A DNA stretch of 64,000 bases from an uncultured Acidobacteriota bacterium. Lineage in GTDB: Bacteria; Acidobacteriota; UBA6911. This document shows positions 40,251 through 50,937 of this stretch, one piece after another (the stretch's first letter is position 1; each line of letters opens with the position of its first letter). The notes below the pieces were generated by a model. That model had not been told where the DNA came from, made no database searches, and worked only from the letters and a program-made list of their open reading frames with translations. A program made the position numbers and the translations under genes. The stretch is taken from contig CAWHCF010000041.1 of the NCBI GenBank assembly GCA_963827655.1, forward strand, positions 96,001 through 160,000. The letters run 5' to 3'.

Positions 40251-40674
40251 ATGAAGAGAACTGGTTTCCGCGTCCTGACGAGTCTGATTGCCGTTGTCAT
40301 ACTGGGGATGCCGGTGATTTACGCCGGATCTGAAGAGAACGTAAGCGCTACGATCCCGTTTGACTTTATCGTCGGAAAAACGACACTACCCGCCGGCCAA
40401 TACACAGTGTCGGCGCTCAGTCAAAGGGGCCTGATAGTTCGGAGTGAAGATGCCAAATCGGCTGTCATTGTACTCACGATGGGAGTGCAGGCCAAGTCGG
40501 CGAACAGTCAGCCCAGATTAGAGTTCAATCGCTACGGCAACACGCATTTTCTCTCCAAGGTCTGGAGTGGTTACGACAACGCAGGGACGCGCCATCCACA
40601 AGTCCAACCAGGAGCGTGAAATCGCGCTGAATCAGAAGAGCACCAGCGTGACGCTTATCGCTCAGGCGCGGTAA
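40251..40674 (+). CDS. Acidobacterial secreted beta-sandwich protein; frameshift near 40584
   Basis: Signal peptide; 'IPFDFIVGKTTLPAGQY', 'FNRYGNTHFLSKVW'. Removing one G gives ...GRAIHKSNQEREIA...AR*. Confidence 0.75.
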
Positions 40675-40709
40675 TCCGCTTCACACGCCTCAAATCACAC
40701 TCCAGCTCC

Positions 40710-40740
40710 GGCAACCCGAAGCCCCCCGCTTCGGGTTGCC
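40710..40740. terminator. 13-bp hairpin between convergent genes
   Basis: GGCAACCCGAAGC-loop-GCTTCGGGTTGCC; no clear U tract. Confidence 0.55.
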
Positions 40741-40759
40741 TGCTTCACAGATAGAGCGA

Positions 40760-42469
40760 TCACTGACCCGCGCTGCGCAATGCCTCTTCACGCTTCGCCT
40801 TGAATTCCGTCCCTGGTTTCCACTCCGGGAACTTGTCGTCTTGGGCAACGCGGTAACCAACTCGAAAAAGCAACTGCAGGTCTTCGACCGCACCCGCCAT
40901 ATCCCAGTCTGGCTTCACTTCGTCCGACACTTTGTGATAGTCGCGTTCGGTATACTCGTCCCGTTTCTGCTGCGCGTACCGTTCGGGTTTTCCAATGAAC
41001 TCAGTGCCCGAATCCGGGTAGAGGGCCGGAACTCCTTCCTTGGCAAATTCGAAGTGGTCCGAACGGTAGAAGAATCCCTTTTCAGGCTCGGGATCCGGCT
41101 TGACTACGCGACCCTGCGGCTCCGCTTCGGCTTTCAAAACATCATCCAGGGTCGAGTTTCCCAGTCCGACGATTACGATATCTTTGGTGCGGCCCCACTG
41201 ATTAAGACCGTCCATATTGATGTTGGCCACAGTTCTAGTGAGAGGGTAGAGCGGATTCTTCGCGTAATACTTGGCTCCCAGCAACCCCTTTTCCTCGGCA
41301 GTCACGGCAAGAAAAAGGAGGGTGCGCTTCGGCGGCGGGTTTGATTTCGCGTAAGCCTTCGCGAGCTCGAGCAGCCCGGCGGTCCCCGAGGCGTTGTCGA
41401 GTGCGCCGTTGAACACCTGATCTCCCTTCAGCTTTCCATCCTTTCCCAGATGATCCCAATGCGCGGTAAAAACGACGTATTGTTCCTTGAGCTTGGGATC
41501 GGAGCCATCCAGTCGCGCGATAACATTCCTTGACTGCACCTCGCGCAAGCTGTTCCGGATCGTGAAAGTCGCTTTGGCATTCAGAGGCACGGGCCGGAAG
41601 TCTTTCCGGATCGCCGCCTTCTTGAGCTCATCCAGATCTTTTCCGGCGATTGCAAAGAGTTTTCTCGCCTTCTCAAGGGTTATCCACGATTCGACTGCCG
41701 CTCGTTTCGCACTCCCACCCTCTGATTTGATATCGAAGTTTTCACCCGACCAGCTGCCTGATACGACTTCATAGGGGTAACCGGCCGGGCCGGTCTCGTG
41801 AATGATGATGGCTGCGTCAGCACCTTTTTCGGCGGCGATCTCGTACTTGTAGGTCCAGCGGCCGTAGTAGGTCATGGCAGCGCCCTTGAACATTTCGGCG
41901 TCGAGTTTAGCCGGGTCGTTCGGGTCTGGTATCGCCGGATCGTTGATAAGCATGACGATGGTCTTTCCCTTGACGTCGACTCCTTTGTAATCGTCCCAGC
42001 CATATTCGGGAGCGACGACGCCGTATCCGACGAAGACAACGTCGGAGTCTTGGACTTTAATCTCGGGCTGCAGACGGCGTGACACAGCCACGTAATCTTC
42101 AGGGAAACGCAGCTCCAGCCGGTTCTGACCCGACGTCAGCAACGCATGTGGTTCGGCCTTCAACCCGACCAGCGGAACATTCTGTACAAAGGTGCCGTCT
42201 GGGTTGCCAGGACGAAGGCCCAGCCGGGCAAACTGGTCCGTGAGGTAGGTGACCGTCAGTTCTTCGCCTTTCGTTCCTGGGGCTCTGCCTTCATATTCGT
42301 CCGATGCCAGGACCTTGATGTGCTTCAACAGGTCTCCTCCGGAGATGGCTTCCATGGCCGGCTTCAAATCAGGAGCGCTCGCCGCGCGCCTCTCTTCGGG
42401 CGAATTGCTGGTCGCGCAAGAGACAAGCATGGCAAAGAGCATACCGGCGGCAAGCGATGGTTTTTTCAT
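40760..42469 (-). CDS. M28 family peptidase with PA domain, lipoprotein
   Basis: Lipobox LVSC; 'AHWDHLG', 'GALDNASG', 'AEEKGLLG', 'YRSDH'. Confidence 0.9.
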   Translation of the reverse strand: MKKPSLAAGMLFAMLVSCATSNSPEERRAASAPDLKPAMEAISGGDLLKHIKVLASDEYEGRAPGTKGEELTVTYLTDQFARLGLRPGNPDGTFVQNVPLVGLKAEPHALLTSGQNRLELRFPEDYVAVSRRLQPEIKVQDSDVVFVGYGVVAPEYGWDDYKGVDVKGKTIVMLINDPAIPDPNDPAKLDAEMFKGAAMTYYGRWTYKYEIAAEKGADAAIIIHETGPAGYPYEVVSGSWSGENFDIKSEGGSAKRAAVESWITLEKARKLFAIAGKDLDELKKAAIRKDFRPVPLNAKATFTIRNSLREVQSRNVIARLDGSDPKLKEQYVVFTAHWDHLGKDGKLKGDQVFNGALDNASGTAGLLELAKAYAKSNPPPKRTLLFLAVTAEEKGLLGAKYYAKNPLYPLTRTVANINMDGLNQWGRTKDIVIVGLGNSTLDDVLKAEAEPQGRVVKPDPEPEKGFFYRSDHFEFAKEGVPALYPDSGTEFIGKPERYAQQKRDEYTERDYHKVSDEVKPDWDMAGAVEDLQLLFRVGYRVAQDDKFPEWKPGTEFKAKREEALRSAGQ

Positions 42470-42581
42470 TTCGGATCTCCTCCCAGAAAAAAAACAAAAC
42501 AGCTTCAAGATTCCCGGCGTCTTCACGGTAAAAGCCGGAGAACCGCATCAATCACAAAGACGCGGAAGCCGCCAGGAACGC

Positions 42582-43271
42582 TCAAGTAACTCCGGGGGCG
42601 TAATAGCGCTGAGTTCTCGGCAGCCGGCCGCGCAGGCCAAGCCGGAAAAACAGCGCCGCTAAAGTCACGAAGACGGCGAGCCGCAGACGACCCAGATGAA
42701 CCTCGGACAGGCCGAGTGGACCGGCAAGCCGCCAAACCCCCCAGATCGCGATTTGAGCGGGCACCACCGTCCACATCGCGGTATAAAACCAGGCCTTCTC
42801 CGCGCCCTCTTGATAGGTGGACCGGCGGGCTCTCGGCGTCCAGTTGAGGGCCGTTGCGATTATCACCACCAAGGCAAGAGGATAGTACAGATAGTCGTAT
42901 AGCTTTTCCAACAACCACCGTCCGGTGATAGCAGCCATGCTCAGACCGATCAGATTCAGAGAAAATGGTACCAGGATGCTGATCCAGGCGGCGGTATAAC
43001 AGATGACCCGATATGGAAGGTTCGGAAGATCGGCCCCGTAGTGCGTGATGTATGGCTGCGGTTCCACGCCTGGAAGACGACCGAGAAGCCCTCTCCAGGC
43101 GCAAATAGCTCCGACCACACCCAACCAGATCCAGTGGCGGCGGTCGGGGCCATGAACATAAAGATCGTAGGTCCAGTGTCCGGGTAGAATGAAGAATACC
43201 CATATCCATATGGGTAAATGCAGCACCCGGTAGTACGTCTTATTCTGCTCGCGCTCGACGACTTTCTTCAT
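42582..43271 (-). CDS. Hypothetical membrane protein
   Basis: RBS GGAGAG; about 6 TM segments. Confidence 0.7.
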   Translation of the reverse strand: MKKVVEREQNKTYYRVLHLPIWIWVFFILPGHWTYDLYVHGPDRRHWIWLGVVGAICAWRGLLGRLPGVEPQPYITHYGADLPNLPYRVICYTAAWISILVPFSLNLIGLSMAAITGRWLLEKLYDYLYYPLALVVIIATALNWTPRARRSTYQEGAEKAWFYTAMWTVVPAQIAIWGVWRLAGPLGLSEVHLGRLRLAVFVTLAALFFRLGLRGRLPRTQRYYAPGVT

Positions 43272-43360
43272 CTCTCCTTGGCGCTTCCGCGCATCTTTGC
43301 CTCTTCGTGGTTAATTCTGTTGAGCCGTCTTAACCACATAGACTCGAAGGTCACAAGCTG

Positions 43361-45901
43361 TCAGCTTGCAGGGTTGCCGAGTAAAGCGACACGATTCTGC
43401 AGTTCGCTGGCGATCACGGCGGGATCGTCCTTCGCATCAAAATGCGCCGGCGGCCCCATCGTCACCTTGACAGTCCCGGGGCGCGCAACCTTTCTCCCGG
43501 CTTGTTTCAGCTCGAACAGCCCGTCAATTCGGATCGGGATCACCGGCACACCAAGATTCTTGACGAGCAATCCGATGCCGGTACGAAAGGGCGCCATCGC
43601 GCCGTCCTCGGTGCGACGTCCCTCGGGAAAAACCAACAGACTGAAACCCCGGTCTATGGACTCGCCCGCAAAAGCGAAGCTCTCGCGAAAACCGGTTTGC
43701 TGCGGCAGCGGAAAAACGTTAAAGAGCGCCACAACCAACCCGTAGTTTAGCTTGCGAAGCCAACGTCTGAAAGAGCTCAAATGCAAGGGGGGCCGGCGCA
43801 TGGCCTGCAATCGTTCTCCTTCCATCGCCACGGCCAGGCGGTGGCGCAGCCGGCTCGGAAGCGCCGCCAGAATGAAGCCGATATCGACGCTGGCAATGTG
43901 GTTGGCCACGATCAGAACCGGCTCCTTCACTCCGCCAAGTCTTTCGCGGCCAAGAATCCGGGGACGCGCCATCAGCATAGTCGCCGGCCATACGAGCAGG
44001 TAATAGACCGCCAGACGAATCCAGGTTATAGGCCAGCGCTGGGTCCAGCGCGGAAAGCTGTAGTCGGAGCGGCGCGGGCCGCGTTCTCGCAGCATTTGCT
44101 CGAGTTCTCCCAGGGTCGTTGCTGAAGTGAATCTGGTTTCATTGAGATCCACCTGGTAACGGTCTTCGATGGCGCTCATGAGCGCAACCCGGTCGAGCGA
44201 GCTGAGATTCAGATCAGCTTCCAGATTCGCATGTTCAGAGGGGTCTGCCGGCGCCCGCCCCGTAACCCGCTCAATCAAATCAACCAGCGTCCTGCCTCCC
44301 GGACTGGCTCTGCTCTCCCCTGCTATTTGCGCCTGAACCCTCTCTTGAATCACGCTGGTTCGAGGTTTCAGCGTCGAGGTTCGAGGAAAATCCTCTTCGG
44401 GCCACACAAACCACCGGCGAATGTGCTGATATTCGGCCAGTGACTCGTTGGCGCGCGCGACGACATTTTTGACATCTTTGACTCCTTCCGCCAGGATCAG
44501 GACGGCGCAGGGTTCTGCATTACCCTCGCGCGCGATGCCGACCACGACGCAGTCGCGTACTTCCGGTTGCCCACGCAGCGCAGCTTCAAGATCTTCCGGA
44601 TAGACGTTCATGCCCTCGGGCGTGACGATTACGTTTTTCTTTCGACCTTTGAAGTAAAGGTTGCCCTGTGCATCGAGCTCTCCCATGTCGCCGGTATGAA
44701 ACCATCCCTCCTGACCGAGACCTGGTCTCAATTCCGTCCCCTGCCAGTAGCCCGCTGCAATATTCTCGCCGCGTACCAGAATCTCGCCGCTCTCGTCCAG
44801 TCTGATTTCGCGCCCCGGCAAGACTTTGCCGATCGATCCCCTGCCTAATTTGAATGGATGGTTGACGCTTACCAGCGAGGTTGTTTCGGTGAGGCCATAT
44901 CCCTGAATCACGGCAAATCCCAGCCGTGCCCAGAATACCTCGGTTTCGAGATCCAGCGCCGCACCGCCGGAGACAAAGGCCCAGAATTTCCAGCCGAACC
45001 TGGCATGCACGCGGCGAAACCTCCACCAGCGCTTGATAAAGTGCTCCCCCATGGCGGTTTCCAGCTCCTTGCGAAACCGGTCGAGCGTGCCCTCCGCTTC
45101 GAAGTCGAGCTCGATCTTTTCCTTCAAGGTCTCGAGAATACGCGGGACCGCCACCAGCACCGAAATGCGCTCGCGCTTGATAACGCGGATTACCTCCGAG
45201 GGATTCAGACTCTCCTGGAACACCACGATGCCTTGCAGCAGGTGAGGCACGAAGATACCGAGGAATTGCCCGAAAACATGACTCAGCGGAAGCAAGTTCA
45301 AGAATCGTATCGGGTGAACGATTCGTTCGTATTTCAGGTATTTCTGAATTTCGATTTCGAGGGGCTCCAGGTTCGCCAGGATGTTGCCGTGCGAAATAAC
45401 CACGCCTTTGGGTTCTGCTGTCGTTCCGGAAGTGAAAACTATCTGCACCGGATCGTCACGCCCCAGATCGGGCTGGGAATAGGGCGTCCTGGAATCCTGG
45501 GCCGAGTGCTCGGCCAGGCTTTCGAAAAAAAGCCTGGGGAGGGCGGGATCGAGCTCCGGCTGTGTGCCGGAACAGACTACGAGTTTTGCATCTACCTGCC
45601 GGGCGACGCGCAAAGCGAAGTCGGGCGACGCGATGCGGTCCATAGGAACAACGACAACGCCTTGAAGCACGCAGCCCAAAAAGGCTACGACCCACTCCGC
45701 ACAGTTATCTCCCCAGATCAGTACCCGATCCGCTTTGCGAATGTTAAGCTCGGCCAGCCGGCGCGCGAACCCATGGGAAGAATCCGCAATCTCGCGATAT
45801 GTCCAGCGCGACATCCGATAACCACGGGGGTGGAGGTACGCAGTCTGTGAACCCTGCGCGTAAAACCTGTCCACATATTCCACAAGGGTCCGGCGTCGCA
45901 T
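43361..45901 (-). CDS. Long-chain acyl-CoA synthetase fused to ACP and PlsC-type acyltransferase
   Basis: 'FTSGTTAEPKG', 'GYGLTET', 'TGD'; ACP-like 'LSSLDRV'; 'NHIASVD', 'FPEG-R'. Confidence 0.88.
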   Translation of the reverse strand: MRRRTLVEYVDRFYAQGSQTAYLHPRGYRMSRWTYREIADSSHGFARRLAELNIRKADRVLIWGDNCAEWVVAFLGCVLQGVVVVPMDRIASPDFALRVARQVDAKLVVCSGTQPELDPALPRLFFESLAEHSAQDSRTPYSQPDLGRDDPVQIVFTSGTTAEPKGVVISHGNILANLEPLEIEIQKYLKYERIVHPIRFLNLLPLSHVFGQFLGIFVPHLLQGIVVFQESLNPSEVIRVIKRERISVLVAVPRILETLKEKIELDFEAEGTLDRFRKELETAMGEHFIKRWWRFRRVHARFGWKFWAFVSGGAALDLETEVFWARLGFAVIQGYGLTETTSLVSVNHPFKLGRGSIGKVLPGREIRLDESGEILVRGENIAAGYWQGTELRPGLGQEGWFHTGDMGELDAQGNLYFKGRKKNVIVTPEGMNVYPEDLEAALRGQPEVRDCVVVGIAREGNAEPCAVLILAEGVKDVKNVVARANESLAEYQHIRRWFVWPEEDFPRTSTLKPRTSVIQERVQAQIAGESRASPGGRTLVDLIERVTGRAPADPSEHANLEADLNLSSLDRVALMSAIEDRYQVDLNETRFTSATTLGELEQMLRERGPRRSDYSFPRWTQRWPITWIRLAVYYLLVWPATMLMARPRILGRERLGGVKEPVLIVANHIASVDIGFILAALPSRLRHRLAVAMEGERLQAMRRPPLHLSSFRRWLRKLNYGLVVALFNVFPLPQQTGFRESFAFAGESIDRGFSLLVFPEGRRTEDGAMAPFRTGIGLLVKNLGVPVIPIRIDGLFELKQAGRKVARPGTVKVTMGPPAHFDAKDDPAVIASELQNRVALLGNPAS

Positions 45902-46153
45902 TCAAACTCGCAAAGCTCTCGAACATCCGGCCGACAGTTCGGCTTTTTTCATTCGGCTGCTGCGTCATGCGCTTTTCGCGGACTTACGGCCATTAGCCTA
46001 TGCGCTGTCGGTCCGTAGGTTTTTCCTCTTCTTCGTCCTAGGCCAGCCCGCACTGTCTGAATCGCAGAAAAATATTGTCACAGTCCGGGCCGGATCGTAC
46101 ACCTCAATGATAAACTTTAAAGCCACGGCTTTTCTCACGGAACGGAGCTATTC

Positions 46154-47137
46154 GTGGCTTCAGCCAGAATCCTTGACGCGTCGGAAAATGGGGCCCTCGC
46201 CGAGGCCGCCGAAATAATCAGACGGGGCGGATTGGTGGCGTTTCCGACTGAAACGGTGTACGGGCTCGGAGCCGATGCCTGCAATCCCCTCGCGGTTGCT
46301 CGCATATTTGAGGCAAAGCGACGCCCCAGGATGGATCCGATCATTGTCCATGTCGCCGATTCCCAAGAAGCAAGTACTTATGGGGAGTTGTCCGCAGAGC
46401 CGGCCCGGCTTCTCATGGAGCGTTTCTGGCCCGGTCCCCTCACTCTCGTGGTACGCAAGAGGGACATCGTTCCCCCGATTGTAACCGCCGGCCTTGAAAC
46501 CGTGGCTCTGCGAGCGCCGGCTCACCCTGTGGCCATCGCGCTGCTCCGGAACGCGGGAAGGGCCATAGCCGCGCCGAGCGCCAATCTCTTTAGTTACGTA
46601 AGTCCGACGGAGGCGCTCCACGTGGCAGAAGAGCTTTCCGACAAGGTTGATCTGATCCTTGACGGAGGGAGAACTCCAATCGGTATAGAATCCACAGTTG
46701 TCGACCTGACGGGCGTGCGCCCATGCCTCCTGCGAGCTGGTGGAACGCCGGCCGAGGAACTGCAGAGAATTCTGGGTGATCTGGATCGGTCCACAGGAAG
46801 CGCGGGTCGTCCGCGGGCGCCCGGCCAGTTGAAGCGGCACTACGCCACGCGAACGCCGCTTGAGATTGCCGGCGGCAGTCCGGACGATCTTTTTCTGAAG
46901 CCCCACGAGAAGGTAGGAGCATTGATCTGGAGATCGCTGGGCCATCCCGAACGATTCGCGGCCATCGAAATACTCTCGCGCTCAGGAAATTTCCGCGAGG
47001 CCGCCGCCAATCTCTTCGGCGCGCTTCGAAGACTCGACCATCTCGGCCTGGACCGTATCGTCGCCGAGCCGGTCCCCGAGACAGGATTGGGAATCGCGAT
47101 CATGGATCGGCTGCGGCGCTGTTCAACGCCGCCCTAG
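46154..47137 (+). CDS. sua5: L-threonylcarbamoyladenylate synthase (Sua5 type)
   Basis: 'VAFPTETVYGL', 'WPGPLT', 'APSAN', 'APGQ--HY'. Confidence 0.92.
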   Translation: MASARILDASENGALAEAAEIIRRGGLVAFPTETVYGLGADACNPLAVARIFEAKRRPRMDPIIVHVADSQEASTYGELSAEPARLLMERFWPGPLTLVVRKRDIVPPIVTAGLETVALRAPAHPVAIALLRNAGRAIAAPSANLFSYVSPTEALHVAEELSDKVDLILDGGRTPIGIESTVVDLTGVRPCLLRAGGTPAEELQRILGDLDRSTGSAGRPRAPGQLKRHYATRTPLEIAGGSPDDLFLKPHEKVGALIWRSLGHPERFAAIEILSRSGNFREAAANLFGALRRLDHLGLDRIVAEPVPETGLGIAIMDRLRRCSTPP

Positions 47138-47174
47138 ACAGACTATTAGTGTTTCTTCGTGTCTTCGCGTCTCA

Positions 47175-47407
47175 GGGCTCGCGCAGAAATAACTTCACAT
47201 TCTGGCGCGAGAGTCGGTGGTCAATCATGGACCAGTTTCTGTTCGTTAAGCACTCTAAGGATCGCGCCCCTTCGGGCTGCGGCCCGCAGGCCCGCTGGCT
47301 TTGTTGCTCGCTCCTCACGTACCGCACCGGGTACGCATCGTCGCTCGCGCCTCGCCAGCGGGCCTGGGGGCCTGCAGCAGAATGCGAACTTATTTCTGCG
47401 CGAACCC
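47175..47407 (+). mobile_element. MITE family A, copy 4, inside a 9-mer REP-like repeat
   Basis: TIRs intact; flanks TCA/TTG. Confidence 0.85.
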
Positions 47408-47435
47408 TTGGCGGTTGATTTTGTTGGGTGGCTGC

Positions 47436-47464
47436 TGGACATCACCATCCACGCGGGGTATATT
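47436..47464 (+). promoter_or_regulatory. Candidate sigma-70 promoter for the riboswitch-terC transcript
   Basis: TGGACA-N17-TATATT. Confidence 0.55.
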
Positions 47465-47470
47465 GCGCTT

Positions 47471-47573
47471 CGATGGGGAGTAGCCCCGGGGCACTGCTCC
47501 GGGCCGCGGCCGTCAGCACGATTCTTGGGAATCCGGTCCGGTAACGCATATTCTGGCGGGGGCGAGACCATCG
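47471..47573 (+). ncRNA. yybP-ykoY manganese riboswitch
   Basis: CGATGGGGAGTAGC ... CGTCAGCAC ... GGCGAGACCATCG with closing CGATGG/CCATCG stem; upstream of terC/alx. Confidence 0.85.
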
Positions 47574-47725
47574 CTGTCGAAGTGGAAAGCTTCAGCGGCG
47601 ACGGTGTCGCCCCCGTTTGCGTTATACCTGTCAGGTCAGGCGGGAGTCGCTTGGACGAGACTCACGACGACAGCGTCTGTTTCTTGGATCATCGCTGACG
47701 GTTGTACGAGATAAAGGAGAAGTCA

Positions 47726-48709
47726 TTGCCTGAAAGCGTCGCAAACCCCTTCTTTCTGTTAGGATTTCTCGTAGTTGTCCTCTTTCTCCTGGCGCTTGAT
47801 CTTGGGGTGCTTCACCGCAAGGCGCACGTCGTCGGTTTCCGCGAGGCTCTTTTGTGGAGCATCGTCTGGGTCATTCTTTCTCTCTCGTTCGGCACGTTCG
47901 TTTACTTCAAATTCGGTCCAACCAAAGGGCTCGAGTTCTTCGCCGGCTACCTCATCGAGTATGCCCTCAGTGTGGACAACATCTTTGTTTTTATTCTGCT
48001 CTTTTCCTACTTTGCCGTGCCGCCAAGGCTCCACCATCGGGTTTTGTTCTGGGGAATCATCGGCGCCCTGATTATGCGGGCCACGTTCATTCTCGCAGGC
48101 GCGGCGCTCCTGGAGATGTTTCATTGGATTATCTATGTCTTCGGGGCCTTCCTGGTCTTCACCGGTTACAAGATCCTGAAGCAAGGGGAAACCGAAGTGC
48201 ACCCGGAACGGAATCCGGTCGTACGCTTGTTCCAGCGCTTCGTTCCCCTGGTGGCCGACTATGGGAGCGAACGGTTCCTTGTGAAGCTGGACGGCAAGAC
48301 GTTTGCAACCCCCCTCGCCCTTGTTCTGGTGACGGTCGAGACCACCGATGTCGTCTTCGCCGTGGATTCGATCCCGGCTATTTTTGCCGTCAGCCGCGAT
48401 CCTTTCATTGTTTACACTTCGAACGTTTGTGCGATTCTCGGGCTGCGCTCGATGTACTTCCTTCTGGCGACTATTGTGGATCGCTTTCCCTATTTGAACG
48501 TAGGGTTGGGATTTGTGCTGATGTTCGTGGGCGTGAAAATGCTGTTAGCAGATGTTTATAAGATTCCGATCGGCGTCTCCCTCGCGGTGGTGGCTTTAAT
48601 TCTGGCCGCTTCAATCGCAGCTTCTCTGATCCGGCCTCCGAAGGGCCCCCCGGCCAAAACTTCAATTCCAGAACCCCCTCTGGTAACATCTCGTCGAGAA
48701 GATTCTTAA
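47726..48709 (+). CDS. terC: TerC/Alx family Mn-related membrane protein
   Basis: 'EYALSVDNIFVF', 'ETTDVVFAVDSIPA', 'GLRSMYF'; TTG start after AAGGAG. Confidence 0.92.
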   Translation: MPESVANPFFLLGFLVVVLFLLALDLGVLHRKAHVVGFREALLWSIVWVILSLSFGTFVYFKFGPTKGLEFFAGYLIEYALSVDNIFVFILLFSYFAVPPRLHHRVLFWGIIGALIMRATFILAGAALLEMFHWIIYVFGAFLVFTGYKILKQGETEVHPERNPVVRLFQRFVPLVADYGSERFLVKLDGKTFATPLALVLVTVETTDVVFAVDSIPAIFAVSRDPFIVYTSNVCAILGLRSMYFLLATIVDRFPYLNVGLGFVLMFVGVKMLLADVYKIPIGVSLAVVALILAASIAASLIRPPKGPPAKTSIPEPPLVTSRREDS

Positions 48710-48732
48710 CCTGCGACGGAGGAGGATCTCAC

Positions 48733-48951
48733 GTGCCGATTTATGAGTATGAGTGCCGCAGTTGCGGAGCGCGATTCGAACAACTATTGCTCAACAGCCG
48801 CACGGAAGTCATGTGTCGAGAGTGTGAGAGTCCCAATGTCGCCCAGCTTCTCTCTACTTTCGCGGTCGCCGGCGCGAGCGACCGAGGAACAGCGGAACCG
48901 GGACCCTGCGGAGCGTGCGGCGCGCCAGAGCGCGGCTCATGCTCTTCTTAG
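48733..48951 (+). CDS. FmdB-family zinc-ribbon protein
   Basis: 'MPIYEYECRSCG--FE...C-EC-S'. Confidence 0.88.
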   Translation: MPIYEYECRSCGARFEQLLLNSRTEVMCRECESPNVAQLLSTFAVAGASDRGTAEPGPCGACGAPERGSCSS

Positions 48952-49033
48952 GCGCTTAGTAATCCGTTCAAACCAACATGTTGTCATTCACGAAGGGCCT
49001 TTCGTTCGGGGCTAAGCCCCGAACGAACCTTAG
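48947..49033 (-). mobile_element. Family B hairpin element, copy C
   Basis: CTTAG at both ends; the left one contains the FmdB stop codon. Confidence 0.75.
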
Positions 49034-49093
49034 CGCCTTCGTGGTTAGTGGCTGCGAAGCACAACCACGGAGACACGAAGACGCCAAGAAAGC

Positions 49094-50776
49094 CTAACTT
49101 GTGACTGCGCCGCGGTAAGCCGGGCCTACCAGGGCCGAGTACTTGGCCAGAACTCCCCGTGTGTAGCGGGGTGCCGGAGGGATCCAGGTGGAGAGCCTGC
49201 CGGATATTTCTTCCGGTCCGAGTTTAACCTCGAGTTTTCCGTTTTTGGCATCGACCAGGACCGTGTCCCCGTTGCGAAGAGCGGCGATGGGGCCTCCGAC
49301 AATCGCTTCGGGACCGACATGTCCGACCATGAGGCCCCGGGTAGCCCCGCTGAATCGCCCATCTGTGATCAGAGCCACACTCTTTCCCAGTCCCTGTCCG
49401 TAGAGTGCCGCGGTCACGCCTAACATTTCCCGCATGCCGGGTCCTCCTTTCGGCCCCTCATAGCGAATCACCACCACGTCACCGGGCTGAATCTCGTGCC
49501 TCTGAATCGCCGCAAAACAATCCTCCTCACAGTCGTACACCCTGGCCGGACCCTCGTGGACAAGGTTCTCGACGCCTGCCACCTTGCAAACCGAACCCTC
49601 CGGAGCCAAGTTCCCGCGCAGGATGGCAAGGCCTCCCGAAGAACTCAACGGGCGATCGACTGAAACGACGACCTTCTGGCCTGCAACTGGCTTCACTGAC
49701 ACAAGGTTTTCCTTCATGGTCTTACCCGTCACCGTCAGGCAATCTCCATGAAGCAGCCCCGCGTCGAGCAATGTCTTCAAGATCACCGGCACTCCACCGG
49801 CCTTGTGTAGATCCGCCATCACGTACTCTCCACCGGGACGAAGGTTAGCGATGATGGGTGTGCGGCGCGATATCTTTTCGATCTCATCCAGGCCAAGAGC
49901 AAAGCCCGCTTCATGAGCGATTGCGGGCAAGTGAAGCGCGGCGTTGGTTGAGCCGCCGGTCGCTACCACAACGGTAACGGCATTCTCGAGCGCCTTGGGC
50001 GTGAGAATGTCGCGGGGAGTGATTCCCTCCTGGAGCAGGCGCATCACCGCCCGGCCGGCATCCTCGGCGAACCTGTCGCGGGCCTCCTCAACGGCTGGAG
50101 GGGACGAACTTCCAGGAAGCGCGATACCCATCGCTTCCGCGGCGCACGCCATGGTATTCGCCGTGTACTGGCCGCCACAGGAACCTGCGCCTGGACAGGC
50201 ATGACACTCCAGCTCGTACAGATCCTCGTCCGTCATCTTCCCATTCGCGTGGGCTCCGACCGCTTCGAAAACATCCTGGATGGTCACGTCCCGCCCTCGA
50301 AAGCTTCCCGTGAGGATTGTTCCGCCGTACAGGAATACGCTCGGCAAATTCAAGCGGGCCATTGCCATGATTACCCCTGGAAGGCTCTTGTCGCATCCGG
50401 CTATCCCGACCAGCGCGTCATAGCAATGCGCGTTCATCATCAACTCGATCGAGTCGGCAATAGTCTCGCGGCTCACCAGCGAAGACTTCATGCCCTCATG
50501 TCCCATGGCGATTCCGTCGCTGACCGAAATGGTTATGAACTCTCGGGGCGTTCCGCGGGCCGCGAGAACTCCTGCCTTGGCCGCTTGGGCCTGCCGGCTA
50601 AGCGAGATGTTGCAGGGAGTCGCTTCATTCCATGTGCTTGCTACTCCCACAAACGGGCGGTTGAGAGCTTCATCGTCGAGTCCCATTGAACGCAGATAGG
50701 CGCGATGAGGTGCGTGCTCGGGGCCTTTAGTCACAGTGTGGCTGCGCAGTTTCCCGGCCAAGGTTTCAGTTGCCAT
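49094..50776 (-). CDS. ilvD: Dihydroxy-acid dehydratase
   Basis: 'GCDKSLPG', 'YTANTM', 'GGSTNA-LH', '[12 protein letters not shown]', 'TDGRFSG'. Confidence 0.95.
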   Translation of the reverse strand: MATETLAGKLRSHTVTKGPEHAPHRAYLRSMGLDDEALNRPFVGVASTWNEATPCNISLSRQAQAAKAGVLAARGTPREFITISVSDGIAMGHEGMKSSLVSRETIADSIELMMNAHCYDALVGIAGCDKSLPGVIMAMARLNLPSVFLYGGTILTGSFRGRDVTIQDVFEAVGAHANGKMTDEDLYELECHACPGAGSCGGQYTANTMACAAEAMGIALPGSSSPPAVEEARDRFAEDAGRAVMRLLQEGITPRDILTPKALENAVTVVVATGGSTNAALHLPAIAHEAGFALGLDEIEKISRRTPIIANLRPGGEYVMADLHKAGGVPVILKTLLDAGLLHGDCLTVTGKTMKENLVSVKPVAGQKVVVSVDRPLSSSGGLAILRGNLAPEGSVCKVAGVENLVHEGPARVYDCEEDCFAAIQRHEIQPGDVVVIRYEGPKGGPGMREMLGVTAALYGQGLGKSVALITDGRFSGATRGLMVGHVGPEAIVGGPIAALRNGDTVLVDAKNGKLEVKLGPEEISGRLSTWIPPAPRYTRGVLAKYSALVGPAYRGAVTS

Positions 50777-50937
50777 GATTCCTCTCCTGATCAAAGCCAC
50801 GATACTATACTGATGATCGGCAACTGACAACCCAGCAGTAGGAGAGGAGCCGCGATCACCGACTGCCAACTGCTTACTGTCTACACCCTGCTGCTATAAT
50901 GCATCAGTCTCTTGATGCCGGAGGAACCGTTATCTCA

